Shown here in pieces: positions 19,803 through 28,887 of a stretch of DNA of 64,000 bases. This DNA comes from Halieaceae bacterium (lineage in GTDB: Bacteria; Pseudomonadota; Gammaproteobacteria; Pseudomonadales; Halieaceae), in NCBI GenBank assembly GCA_003523185.1, contig DPGN01000021.1:14094-78093 (forward strand). The letters run 5' to 3'. A model generated the notes under the pieces. That model saw only the letters and a program-made list of their open reading frames with translations, was not told the DNA's origin and did not search any database. The number at the start of each line of letters is the position of its first letter. Positions within the stretch are counted from its first letter, which is position 1. Made by a program: the position numbers and the translations under genes.

Positions 19803-21170
19803 TCAATCCGCGGCCATGTAGGTATCTAGGGTGTTGTGAAAATGCCTGATCCGACTCTCTTGGTAAGAGGCGAGCGTCACACCCGGTTTTCGTGTTGTGA
19901 GTAGACCTCGTTGAATGCGCTTTAGATTGTCCGTGTCCTGATCAACCACCATTGCGGCGGATCCCATGGCCTCGACAGTTGACCAGGGCTCTTCTTCAGT
20001 AAGCCAGATGATCGGCGCAGGTTGTGGATGGCTGCCATCGTCCGCTTTCGGAAATAGGAAAAAGATTTCCATAATTGAGCGATAGGGATCGTCACCGTAG
20101 GGTCTGAATCGATAGCCAGCTGATAATCCAAGGCCGCCATAAGGCACAAAATTGGGGAATACGGTGTATTGGATGAGGTCAATTGCGACTGAGTCTGAAA
20201 TTTGCGAAAAGTCTCTGCCAGAGCTTGCTGAAATCTTCTTGCGCGCCACATCGGCGAAGTGAGCTCTTGGACTCTGCCCTTCGGTAGGTTCTACCTTTGA
20301 CTTAAAAAAAGGTGTGTCACGTTCCATGTATGCCCGAACCGTATCGTCGTCAATATGGGACTTGGAGGGACTCGGTACGCCCTGAGCGCTGATCATTCGA
20401 TTGATGTGCCTCACTCCGGGCCAGGTGTCGTACTGCGTATTGCTGTCTCCGTAGTAGGCAACAGTTTGGGGATGGGCAAACGCAACGTGATAGGCCTCGA
20501 CGAAGGCTTCGGCACACAACTTCCAATTGCAGGGCATCACTTTGGCAACGTGAATAGCTTTGTAGCGCTCTTCAAGTGCGTAGGCTTTGAAGTGCTCGGG
20601 AAGAATCTCGAGATAGTCCAGCAGAGGTTCACACTCGTGGTCGAAGTTGATGAATACGAAACCGCCCCAGATATCGACTTGCGCCTCGGGGAGACTGAAC
20701 TCTTCAAAGTTCACGTGAGTGAAATCCCACGCCTCGGGTACCTGCTTCAAGCAACCGTCTAAGCCCCAGGTGAATCCATGGAAAGGGCAGCGGAATTGTT
20801 TTACGCACCCACCTTCGGTTCTGAGCTGCGTGCCTCGATGAAGGCAGGCGTTGATATATGCACGAATATCTCGGAGGTTCGGTCCCGTTCTAACGACAAT
20901 GAGTGAGTCATTGACGATCTCGTATACGACATGGTCGCCAACATTGGGAATGTCTTCTAACCGGCACGCCCACTGCCAGGTTTTTCGCCACACTTTCTCG
21001 ACTTCCATGTCATGGTAAGCCTTGCTGATGTAGCGATCGATCGAGATGTCCTCGTTACCAAAGTCTACGTGCGATTCCTGCCTCATGTGTTCGGGAGGCG
21101 GGATCACGTCAGATGCCAGAATGTCTTGTAACGATGGTTGTGGCCGTTCGCTTGATGAATTCGATGACAT
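19803..21170 (-). CDS. Rieske [2Fe-2S] non-haem-iron oxygenase, alpha subunit type
   Basis: Rieske motif 'CLHRG...x16...CPFHGF' and mononuclear iron motif 'EAYHVAFAH'. 455 aa. Confidence 0.85.
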   Translation of the reverse strand: MSSNSSSERPQPSLQDILASDVIPPPEHMRQESHVDFGNEDISIDRYISKAYHDMEVEKVWRKTWQWACRLEDIPNVGDHVVYEIVNDSLIVVRTGPNLRDIRAYINACLHRGTQLRTEGGCVKQFRCPFHGFTWGLDGCLKQVPEAWDFTHVNFEEFSLPEAQVDIWGGFVFINFDHECEPLLDYLEILPEHFKAYALEERYKAIHVAKVMPCNWKLCAEAFVEAYHVAFAHPQTVAYYGDSNTQYDTWPGVRHINRMISAQGVPSPSKSHIDDDTVRAYMERDTPFFKSKVEPTEGQSPRAHFADVARKKISASSGRDFSQISDSVAIDLIQYTVFPNFVPYGGLGLSAGYRFRPYGDDPYRSIMEIFFLFPKADDGSHPQPAPIIWLTEEEPWSTVEAMGSAAMVVDQDTDNLKRIQRGLLTTRKPGVTLASYQESRIRHFHNTLDTYMAAD

Positions 21171-21245
21171 GTTAGAGCCCTTCTAAAACTTACAAACATT
21201 CTGGTCTGTTTTTTTATTGAAGTCAAAGGTGATAAGATCGGGCGA

Positions 21246-21854
21246 ATGACTAGCATGAAAAAAACGCGTAAAAGCCAGCAGGAGCGGAGTGCGTCGACGC
21301 GCCATAAATTGCTGAATGCAACACTTCAGATTATCGAGTCAGAGGGTTGGCACCGGGCCAGCATGCAGCGGATCTGCGAACACGCAGGTGTATCTCGAGG
21401 TGCTCAGACACATCACTTTCCCACGCGCGAGAGTTTACTGATTGCGAGTGTCCGGGAGATTGTAAAGCGCTATCAATCTGATTTGACGGAAGGCCCTAAT
21501 CGTCTGCAGGGATTACAGGCTTTTTTCGATTTCCTGTGGGATGCGACGTTCAATGACAACTTACTCATCTGCTGGGTTGAAGCGATGGTTGCAGCGCGAA
21601 CCGATGAGTCACTTAAGCGGGTTGTCGCCGATACGGATGCTTCCTCACTGACTGCCATGCGTGCCCTGGGTGCCGAATCGAGCAGCATAAGTGGCACTAC
21701 CAACGATAAAAACACCTCACGAGTCGAGGATATTGTCGAGCTAACCGTCTATCTGTTGCGCGGCCTTGTGCTGCAGGAGGGGGTTCATGAGGACCTCTCG
21801 GAGAAGCGGCGCCTCTTCGAGCTATGGAAGCAGCTCGTCATTGACGTCACCTGA
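21246..21854 (+). CDS. TetR/AcrR family transcriptional regulator
   Basis: N-terminal HTH 'ASMQRICEHAGVSRGAQTHHFPTRESLL'. ~200 aa. Divergent from the Rieske oxygenase gene. Confidence 0.85.
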   Translation: MTSMKKTRKSQQERSASTRHKLLNATLQIIESEGWHRASMQRICEHAGVSRGAQTHHFPTRESLLIASVREIVKRYQSDLTEGPNRLQGLQAFFDFLWDATFNDNLLICWVEAMVAARTDESLKRVVADTDASSLTAMRALGAESSSISGTTNDKNTSRVEDIVELTVYLLRGLVLQEGVHEDLSEKRRLFELWKQLVIDVT

Positions 21855-21891
21855 TTGGGAGCTGCCGCCAAGATCTTCAGTTAATAGCGAC

Positions 21892-23082
21892 TCAAGTGTG
21901 ATTGGCGAAGCGCTCTCCAAACCAGCCATGAAAGTGGGCGGTTGGAATATCCATCAAGGGCGAGAATACACCCCCTGTGAATCCCGGTGATGCCCGTCCA
22001 CGTTGCATGCCTTCAACCACGGAAACGTCTTCCGAGAACACCAAATTCCACGCCTCATGGAGACTTTGCCGGCGCTCAGCGTAGGCGTCCGTCAATGCCT
22101 CTTCGCTCGAGTACAAGAATTGCAGACGTTCCGTTGTAGTCTCTGGTGACTCAGGCATGAGTAAGATCGCAAAGAAGTGATCAGCTTGAATGCCTAAAAG
22201 CACATTGGGATAGAGCGATAAGTACTCTGCCGTTTTGACGCGTGAATCGTCCCAGTTGGCAAACACAGGTAATGGCGTTGATGCCCCGCGCGTGAGGTCG
22301 TAGACGTGCGTACCTTGGCCCGACGAAATGGGGTCGACAATCAGGTTGTAGTGCTCATCGAGTGGTGAGTAGGTATTGAGATCCGGATGAACAAACGGCA
22401 AGTGATACGACTCGCAGTAGTTTTCGATCGCAAGCTTGTAGTTGCTCTCGACTGATAGCTCCATCGAACCAAACGGCCCCGTGTCGCTCACCAGCCGGTT
22501 GGTAAAGTCCTTTCCTGCCAGTGCTCCCCAGCGAGTGAGGATGGGGTCAAGATGCTCGGACAACGCCGGTGCTTCACCCGATAAATTGATGAAGACAATC
22601 CCCATCAACTCTTCAGAGCGCACTTCCTTCAATCCGTGCTGGCTACAGTCGAACCCTTCGATGTTGTGAACACCCATGCCGCCAATATTCGGCGTCGCTT
22701 TCAATTCTCCGGAGAGGCCATAGCCCCAGCGGTGGTAGGGACACCGAATCACCATGCCTGCCGAGCCCTTCTCGGCGACCAGTGTCATGCCCCGGTGGCT
22801 ACAGACATTGTGGAATACGCGCGCAACACCCTCGGTGTCGCGAACCATTAAGAGTGGCAGCCCCATGAAATTCACAGGATAAACACACCCAGCCTCCCGA
22901 ATATCGGCACCAAAACCGAGTCCTGCCCAGGTCTTTGCCACGACCCGATCGCGCTCTTTCTGCCAAGTGACTTCATCGGTGTAATGCGTGTTGGGCAAGC
23001 CGGTCTTTGGATATGCCGTTGAGGCTTCTGCCGACTCGATACCACTGTCGTTCGAAGAATGGATAAGGTCTAGTGTGGACAT
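21892..23082 (-). CDS. Rieske [2Fe-2S] non-haem-iron oxygenase, alpha subunit type (second copy, distinct lineage)
   Basis: 'CSHRG...CPYHRWGY' Rieske motif and 'ESYHLPFVH' iron motif. 396 aa. Confidence 0.85.
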   Translation of the reverse strand: MSTLDLIHSSNDSGIESAEASTAYPKTGLPNTHYTDEVTWQKERDRVVAKTWAGLGFGADIREAGCVYPVNFMGLPLLMVRDTEGVARVFHNVCSHRGMTLVAEKGSAGMVIRCPYHRWGYGLSGELKATPNIGGMGVHNIEGFDCSQHGLKEVRSEELMGIVFINLSGEAPALSEHLDPILTRWGALAGKDFTNRLVSDTGPFGSMELSVESNYKLAIENYCESYHLPFVHPDLNTYSPLDEHYNLIVDPISSGQGTHVYDLTRGASTPLPVFANWDDSRVKTAEYLSLYPNVLLGIQADHFFAILLMPESPETTTERLQFLYSSEEALTDAYAERRQSLHEAWNLVFSEDVSVVEGMQRGRASPGFTGGVFSPLMDIPTAHFHGWFGERFANHT

Positions 23083-23178
23083 GGCTTACCTGAGGATAAC
23101 GTCGATCAATGTCACCGGGCGCGCAGTGTACGCCCGCAATGCGTTTCCCCCAATCCCTTTTTCTAACCCCACAGGGGA

Positions 23179-24522
23179 TCAGCTCCAGGGGAATGGGCTG
23201 TGTGACACTGGGTGCAAGTCGCCTTCTTCGTAGCGCGAGAATCTGAAGGGCTGCAACAGCGACTGCGGCTCTCCGCAGATCGTCCTAGCTACCAAGTCGC
23301 CAACGCCAATCATCTTGTAACCATGGTTGGAATCCGCAAGAACGAAGCAGTTTTCGCGCATGGCGTCGAAGACGGGGAAACTATCCGGCGTGAAAGCGCC
23401 GATGCCGCCAGAGGGCTCGCGCTTGAATTTAGGTAGTGTGCCGGAGAACCGCTCTTGGCAGTGCGCAAGTGCAGATACCCACATCTCAGCGAATTCTGGC
23501 CCCACAATGAATTCGGGTGACGCCGGACCGTAAGGGTCGACAGAGACGTCACCTGCGGCTTTATCAACGATAAAGGGCGCGGCGCCACCCTGGACACCGC
23601 CAAAGTGGAAATCGGGTTTGTAGTAGATGCCCCACATCTTATCCGTGATGAGTCGGCCGTCGTCATCTGAGTAAAGCGGCGCATCGGTATCCACATGGAT
23701 CACGGGGGGCATGTGTCCTTCATTGGTCACTTGCAGCTTTGGATCAACCCCCAAGGTCCCTTCCTGAAGCGACCAGTAGATCCACATTGGAATGCCCTGG
23801 GCAAGCGCTCCCGTCTCGGCGTTGCGGATGGTAACTTCCATGGGTAGCTCGAGCATCTCCCAGAACCGTCTCACCCACGGACCAGCCGCGATCACGGCGT
23901 AGTCACAGGCGATGTTTCCACGATCGGTATTGACCGAGGTGATCGCACCCGAATTATCGGAAGAGAGGCTCGTCACCTCGATACCCGAGATGATCCTGAC
24001 GCCTAGCGCCTCAGCTTTTCCCGCGAGGCCGTACATGGCTTTTGAGCTGTTGGCATAGCCGCCCGGTTTTTCGTGAAGCACTGAGGTGATGCCCTCCGCG
24101 CGCCAGTCGGAAAACAGGGTTTTCATGTAGTCGCTGCTGGCTTTAGCGCCCTCGATAAAGGTCGATTCGTAATCGATGGCCTGTTGCTGCTCGTAGATGG
24201 AGCGCACATCCTCACGCATCGATTCGCAGCTGATCTGCATATAGCCCACTGGATGGTAGCTGTAGGTTTTTGGGTCGCTCTCCCAAATCCGCACAGAGTG
24301 CGCCATGAGTTCGCGCATCGCTGGCTGATAGTAGTTATTGCGAATGACACCGCAGGCAATCCCGGTGGCTCCGGAGCAAATGCCGGACTTGTCTAGAATG
24401 ATGATGTCACGCCCGTCGCCTTTGCCTGTGGCTTTGAGCTGAAGTGCAAGGTGGTAAGCGGTGCTCAATCCGTGGATGCCGGCACCGACAATGACGTAGG
24501 GGCTATGGGTTGGTATGGCCAT
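23179..24522 (-). CDS. FAD-dependent oxidoreductase (DAO family, sarcosine-oxidase-beta-like)
   Basis: N-terminal dinucleotide fold 'YVIVGAGIHGLSTAYHLA'. Length (447 aa) and overall pattern resemble SoxB / amine-oxidising flavoproteins. Confidence 0.75.
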   Translation of the reverse strand: MAIPTHSPYVIVGAGIHGLSTAYHLALQLKATGKGDGRDIIILDKSGICSGATGIACGVIRNNYYQPAMRELMAHSVRIWESDPKTYSYHPVGYMQISCESMREDVRSIYEQQQAIDYESTFIEGAKASSDYMKTLFSDWRAEGITSVLHEKPGGYANSSKAMYGLAGKAEALGVRIISGIEVTSLSSDNSGAITSVNTDRGNIACDYAVIAAGPWVRRFWEMLELPMEVTIRNAETGALAQGIPMWIYWSLQEGTLGVDPKLQVTNEGHMPPVIHVDTDAPLYSDDDGRLITDKMWGIYYKPDFHFGGVQGGAAPFIVDKAAGDVSVDPYGPASPEFIVGPEFAEMWVSALAHCQERFSGTLPKFKREPSGGIGAFTPDSFPVFDAMRENCFVLADSNHGYKMIGVGDLVARTICGEPQSLLQPFRFSRYEEGDLHPVSHSPFPWS

Positions 24523-24768
24523 TTTAGGTCCTCATCATCACCTTCAGATAAACCTCAGACTTGTTATCGATATTGTTGCCTGAAGTGAACGGTGTTCAAT
24601 ACGATGAGAACCTAACAGACGGAGGGGTTTAGTCCATTATTTTCGTTGATACTTAATTCGTGTATTCACTACTTCCGTCTAGGTGTCGTAATTTACGGTT
24701 TCGTCGTTGTAATGTAGTGACTGTGTCACAAACACTCTTTAACCTCGCTCAGCCGAACAAATGCTGTC

Positions 24769-25797
24769 ATGTTAGGAATTTCTCTAGTGTCAAACCCCAT
24801 TAATGACCTCATCAGGAAAAAAGGTTGGTGCGTCGCCGACGGCGCCACGGGCTCCAATTTTTTTGGTCGCGGCCTAGAGGCTGGTTACCCACCCGAGTTG
24901 TGGTGCGTTGAGCGTCCTGAGGAGGTCCTATGGCTGCATGGCGAATTCTTGAAGGCAGGCGCGGACCTTATATTGACCAACAGTTTTGGCGCGAATGCCC
25001 CAAGGCTAAAGTTACATAAAAGCCAGGATCGGGTTCAGGAGATCAACAAAGCAGCGGCAGAACTTGCGCGAGAAGCTGTGCGGCGATTTGCGGATTCGTC
25101 GGGTCATGAGGGAATTATTGCGGGCTCGATGGGACCTACAGGTGAGCTCTTCGCGCCCATGGGCGATCTTAGCTATGAGCAGGCGGTTAGCTGCTTTAGT
25201 GAACAGGCTGATGCCTTAGCCGAGGGCGGGGTCGATGTTCTCTGGATTGAGACCATGTCTGCGAAGGAGGAAGTCGCAGCGGCTGCTGAAGCGGCAAAGA
25301 CCACCGGCTTACCTGTCGCTGCAACGCTCACGTTTGATACAGCGCGGCGATCGATGATGGGTGTGACTCCAACGGAGTATGCAGCGTTCGCCCGGGAGAT
25401 AGGCTTGGATTTAATGGGGTCGAATTGTGGTATTGGCCCGGCGGAGCTCATGGACTCAACAGTCGAGTTGATGAGCGCGGAGGCTGGCCTGCCGATTATT
25501 GCAAAGGGAAACTGCGGGATTCCTCAGTACATTGACGGTGAAATTCATTTTCACGGCAGCCCTGAGTTGATGGCTGAGTACGCACTCTATGCTCGAGATG
25601 CGGGTGCTACGGTTATTGGCGGGTGTTGTGGTACCACCCCTGAGCACCTGGCCGCCATGGTCGACGCGCTGAATTCGACACCACCACGACCACTGGATTC
25701 TAAGTCTATGTCAGGAGCTCTGGGTCCTGCTTGGCCGGACTTGCCTGCGAGCGGCGCCCCGTCGGGCGGGCGTCGAGGTCGGAGGCGCGCGGCCTGA
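24769..25797 (+). CDS. homocysteine S-methyltransferase family protein (betaine- or S-methylmethionine-type methyl donor)
   Basis: 'DGATGSNF' N-terminal motif and zinc-binding 'GGCCGTTPEH' near the C-terminus. Arg-rich tail. An alternative in-frame GTG start is at 24787. Confidence 0.8.
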   Translation: MLGISLVSNPINDLIRKKGWCVADGATGSNFFGRGLEAGYPPELWCVERPEEVLWLHGEFLKAGADLILTNSFGANAPRLKLHKSQDRVQEINKAAAELAREAVRRFADSSGHEGIIAGSMGPTGELFAPMGDLSYEQAVSCFSEQADALAEGGVDVLWIETMSAKEEVAAAAEAAKTTGLPVAATLTFDTARRSMMGVTPTEYAAFAREIGLDLMGSNCGIGPAELMDSTVELMSAEAGLPIIAKGNCGIPQYIDGEIHFHGSPELMAEYALYARDAGATVIGGCCGTTPEHLAAMVDALNSTPPRPLDSKSMSGALGPAWPDLPASGAPSGGRRGRRRAA

Positions 25798-25848
25798 TAA
25801 CGCCATGAAAGCGAAGGCGACTTACAGCTAGATGAGCTGCAGGGGAAC

Positions 25849-26352
25849 CTATAAACCCTTGTGGTAGTCGAGCGTTGACTCAAATCGGTTGGCTTCGCGA
25901 TTTTTCCGAACCTGCCCTGCTTCAAAGACCTGGCCACTCATAGCGATATAGACGCCGGGCGCCGCGGTTTGAACGGCGCCAACTGCCATCCCGATATTAA
26001 AGACGGCGTCAGTCGTACGAAAGCGCGCGGGTGTGAGCGCACCCGTTAGCACCACCGTTTTATTTTCAATACCACGCAACGCCGCTGCGGTCTCGGGCAT
26101 CGTGTCGGTGCCATGGGTGACGATGAAGTGGCTGTGCTCGCTCGCCTCAATGTGAGCGCGGATAGTGGCGCGATCTTCATCGGTGATGTCCAAGCTATCC
26201 TTCTTCATGATGGCCGTGACCTCGTAGCTGAAGTCAACCAGTGCATCGGTCAGCATCGCTTTCACCTGTGAGTCACCAACTTCGAACTGACTGAGCGCGT
26301 CAAAGTAGATCTTATCGATGGTGCCGCCCGTGGTGAGGAATTGAATGCGCAT
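25849..26352 (-). CDS. asparaginase N-terminal-domain-only protein
   Basis: 'FLTTGGTIDK' (catalytic Thr motif of the L-asparaginase/GatD N-domain) and 'THGTDTM'. Only 167 aa, with no C-terminal domain. Confidence 0.6.
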   Translation of the reverse strand: MRIQFLTTGGTIDKIYFDALSQFEVGDSQVKAMLTDALVDFSYEVTAIMKKDSLDITDEDRATIRAHIEASEHSHFIVTHGTDTMPETAAALRGIENKTVVLTGALTPARFRTTDAVFNIGMAVGAVQTAAPGVYIAMSGQVFEAGQVRKNREANRFESTLDYHKGL

Positions 26353-26445
26353 CCGAGCTCGCCTAGTCAGTCCTTGTTCGTTAGTTACCGAGTGTGGCGC
26401 CTGAATTCAGCTATGGCTACTATCGATCTCTAACGAGGAGGGGTT

Positions 26446-26880
26446 ATGTCTTTAGAAGCAATCTTTAGTCTCGCGAGTGGCTTGGCGATGTTGGGCTGGC
26501 TGGGGCTGGTCTTTGTTCCCAATTGGGCGCCTGCGCGCGAACTCATCCCCAGCGTCATAGTTCCAGTCATACTCGCGCTCATCTACACCTTTCTGATGCT
26601 CAGTTTTAGAGATGAGGCCTCTGCTGACGGGGGGTTTGGCACACTGGCAGGGGTGAAAGCCTTGTTTACGGTCGATGCGTTATTGCTCGCTGGTTGGATT
26701 CACTATTTGGCCTTTGATTTATTTGTCGGCGCGTGGGTTGTGAGAGACAGCCAGGCACTTCAGATTAACCACTACGTGATTTTGCCCTGCCTTTTCTTCA
26801 CGCTCATGGCAGGCCCGCTTGGACTCCTCATCTATCTGGCATTGCGAACTGTGAGAATGAGATTGACCCTCGCTACGTAA
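26446..26880 (+). CDS. small integral membrane protein (DUF4281 / ABA4-like)
   Basis: 144 aa, four hydrophobic helices, 'WIHYLAFDLFVG' motif recalled from the ABA4-like family. Confidence 0.5.
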   Translation: MSLEAIFSLASGLAMLGWLGLVFVPNWAPARELIPSVIVPVILALIYTFLMLSFRDEASADGGFGTLAGVKALFTVDALLLAGWIHYLAFDLFVGAWVVRDSQALQINHYVILPCLFFTLMAGPLGLLIYLALRTVRMRLTLAT

Positions 26881-26882
26881 CA

Positions 26883-28634
26883 TTAGCCGGCTACTTGAGC
26901 CCTTAAATTTTCCGCAATGGCGTCGAGGAAACCGTGCATATCGACAATGCGCTCAGTCTCGGGTGACGTGGTTTTACCTTTTAGATCGCCAGTAATGATG
27001 CCCTGCGCGACCGTTTCGATCAGCGCTGTTTTGAGGCGCGCGGCATAGTCACTGAGCGCGGCGTTATCCTCTCTCGTTGCGAGTTCCTCTAAGGCGCTCG
27101 CCACGGCGAATATCAGTGCCGAGGAATTAAAGTTGGCCTCTTTACCCTCAGTCTCGAGATAGCGCACGTACAAATCGTGTGCCGTGCCATGAGGTGCTTC
27201 AAACAGCTTGGTTCCATCTTTACTGATGATCACCGAGCTAGCCGTCGCAAGGCTGCCACCAAGTGCTGCAGAAATATCAGAGAAGATATCGCCGTCCAGG
27301 TTCTGCGCCGGATAAAGTCCCCACCGAGGCGGATCGCAAATCATCTTGCTGAGCTGTCGAGAGGGTCGCATGATCATGAACGACGGTGGTGGTGTGTCAA
27401 GCGCTGCCAGCTCTTTCCTGATCTCGAGAATGATCGAACTGTAGACTTCGTCGTAGTTAACAAACTCTCGCTTTAAGCCGAAGTAGACTTCTTTCTTGTT
27501 AAGCGCCGCGTCTTGGAAAACTTGGCTCACCCAGTCCTTGATGGCCTCTCGGTCGTTCGACATAAAGAGGATGGGGTCGCCTGCCTCGACATGCCGCGCA
27601 TGCTTCTCCTCGCCGTCAACGATGACCTTGATAACACCTTGCTCGGGTGCGGGTGTGTTGTAGCTACCGTATTGGTCGCCACCACCGGCGCTCATGCGGG
27701 AAATAGAGACGTGAGCCTTGCGCTCAGGCAAGCCGTATCGCTTGAGCTGCTGAACGAGCTTGAAAAGCTTCATGCCACTGACGTTGTCTGGCACACCCCA
27801 AAGTGCGCGCTCAGGTGGGTTGGAGACGATGCGAGCTGCCTGGGCATCGATCAACTCGTAGTGGTAGCTCAGTCCTGCTGCTGCGACCTTGTCTTTGTAA
27901 TCTTGTTCGTAAATTTCTTCGATGGCCGCGCGCATAACACCGTCATATCCCGAGACAACTGTATCTTTTAGTCCGAGGTAGATGTCGCGGCTTTCTGCGA
28001 TGGCGCGTTGGAAAAAGCGGTGTGCCCACGCCTTCACCTCATCGAGATCGTTTGTCGCCAGCATCCAGGGATCGCCCTTATTAAGGGACCGACGATGTAA
28101 CTCAATTGGGTCGCCACTCGAGCCGACGAACATGACTTTGGCGACGCCCGTGGCATTTGAGAGTTCGCTGTAACTGAAGTCCAAGCCCCCGGTCTCCATG
28201 GTATCGACTTCGATATCGCGATCGATCCAGTCGGGGCGAACACTTTTCAGGTTGCGAAATTCGATGTCCTCGCGGGTGATATTGCCGCTAATGCCTTTTC
28301 GGATGGCACCGTTCGGTGACTTGGTGGCCAGGGGATCGAGTGAACTCTCGGTAATTTCGGGGTATTTCGCGAGCAAGTCATCGAGCTGAGCCCGGTTAAC
28401 GGTCATACCCGCATTCTTGATACCGACGCCATGCTCTTTTAGTGCGGCGATGGCCTCATGGATGACCTGCCCGTTACTGGTGAAGCGCTTGGGTGCCGAG
28501 AGGTCGATTTCGACAAGCTCGATATCGAGTGGCAAGGAGACAAAGCGCGCCAGAATCTCGGTAAAGGCGACCTGCGCCATTTCATCACCGTGAAGCACGA
28601 CTAATGGCTTTTTTACCTTGATCTTTTCACTCAA
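26883..28634 (-). CDS. isocitrate-dehydrogenase-like protein (eukaryote/type-II-like) with internal tandem duplication
   Basis: 'LHGDEMA', 'KSPNGAIRK', 'NLDGDIFSD' and 'EAPHGTAHD' align with type-II IDH motifs (GDEMTR, KSPNGTIRN, NYDGDVQSD, EAAHGTVTRH). It is ~170 aa longer than those enzymes. Confidence 0.7.
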   Translation of the reverse strand: MSEKIKVKKPLVVLHGDEMAQVAFTEILARFVSLPLDIELVEIDLSAPKRFTSNGQVIHEAIAALKEHGVGIKNAGMTVNRAQLDDLLAKYPEITESSLDPLATKSPNGAIRKGISGNITREDIEFRNLKSVRPDWIDRDIEVDTMETGGLDFSYSELSNATGVAKVMFVGSSGDPIELHRRSLNKGDPWMLATNDLDEVKAWAHRFFQRAIAESRDIYLGLKDTVVSGYDGVMRAAIEEIYEQDYKDKVAAAGLSYHYELIDAQAARIVSNPPERALWGVPDNVSGMKLFKLVQQLKRYGLPERKAHVSISRMSAGGGDQYGSYNTPAPEQGVIKVIVDGEEKHARHVEAGDPILFMSNDREAIKDWVSQVFQDAALNKKEVYFGLKREFVNYDEVYSSIILEIRKELAALDTPPPSFMIMRPSRQLSKMICDPPRWGLYPAQNLDGDIFSDISAALGGSLATASSVIISKDGTKLFEAPHGTAHDLYVRYLETEGKEANFNSSALIFAVASALEELATREDNAALSDYAARLKTALIETVAQGIITGDLKGKTTSPETERIVDMHGFLDAIAENLRAQVAG

Positions 28635-28828
28635 TGCACGATCCCCCTAAGACCCATAATCACGGCATCTTACGGCCGCAAATTTACGGCGCGCAGAGTA
28701 CCGAATCATCCAATGAAACCCTAGGTTACTTTTGCACAAGCCCCTTGTTTATGAGACGAAGCAACGGAATCGGAGGGTAAAGCGAGTGTCATTCCGCATC
28801 GTTCAAATTCTGGGCTTCTCTCGTAGTG

Positions 28829-28843
28829 GGGTACGGGGTACCC
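28829..28843. promoter_or_regulatory. 15-bp palindrome GGGTAC-GGG-GTACCC upstream of the MFS transporter
   Basis: Perfect 6-bp inverted arms about 45 nt upstream of the ATG at 28888, in the divergent region shared with the IDH-like gene. Only marginally unexpected by chance. Confidence 0.25.
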
Positions 28844-28887
28844 TCAAGCTGAACGCGCCAACAATAATAACCGTCAAGGAGTCGCCA

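Noticed and set aside
21172-21186. TTAGA-GCCCT-TCTAA and AAACA-N8-TGTTT dyads in the TetR / Rieske-oxygenase intergenic region, as candidate TetR operators.
   Set aside because: The arms are only 5 bp, and the first overlaps the oxygenase RBS region. Plausible but statistically unsupported.
24617-24729. Inverted repeats in the SoxB-like / methyltransferase divergent region: AGACGGA (24617-23) / TCCGTCT (24674-80), and GTGAC-TGT-GTCAC (24717-29).
   Set aside because: With 7-bp arms 50 nt apart and 5-bp arms, both are about what chance predicts in a 250-bp region. They are not reportable as operators without conservation data.
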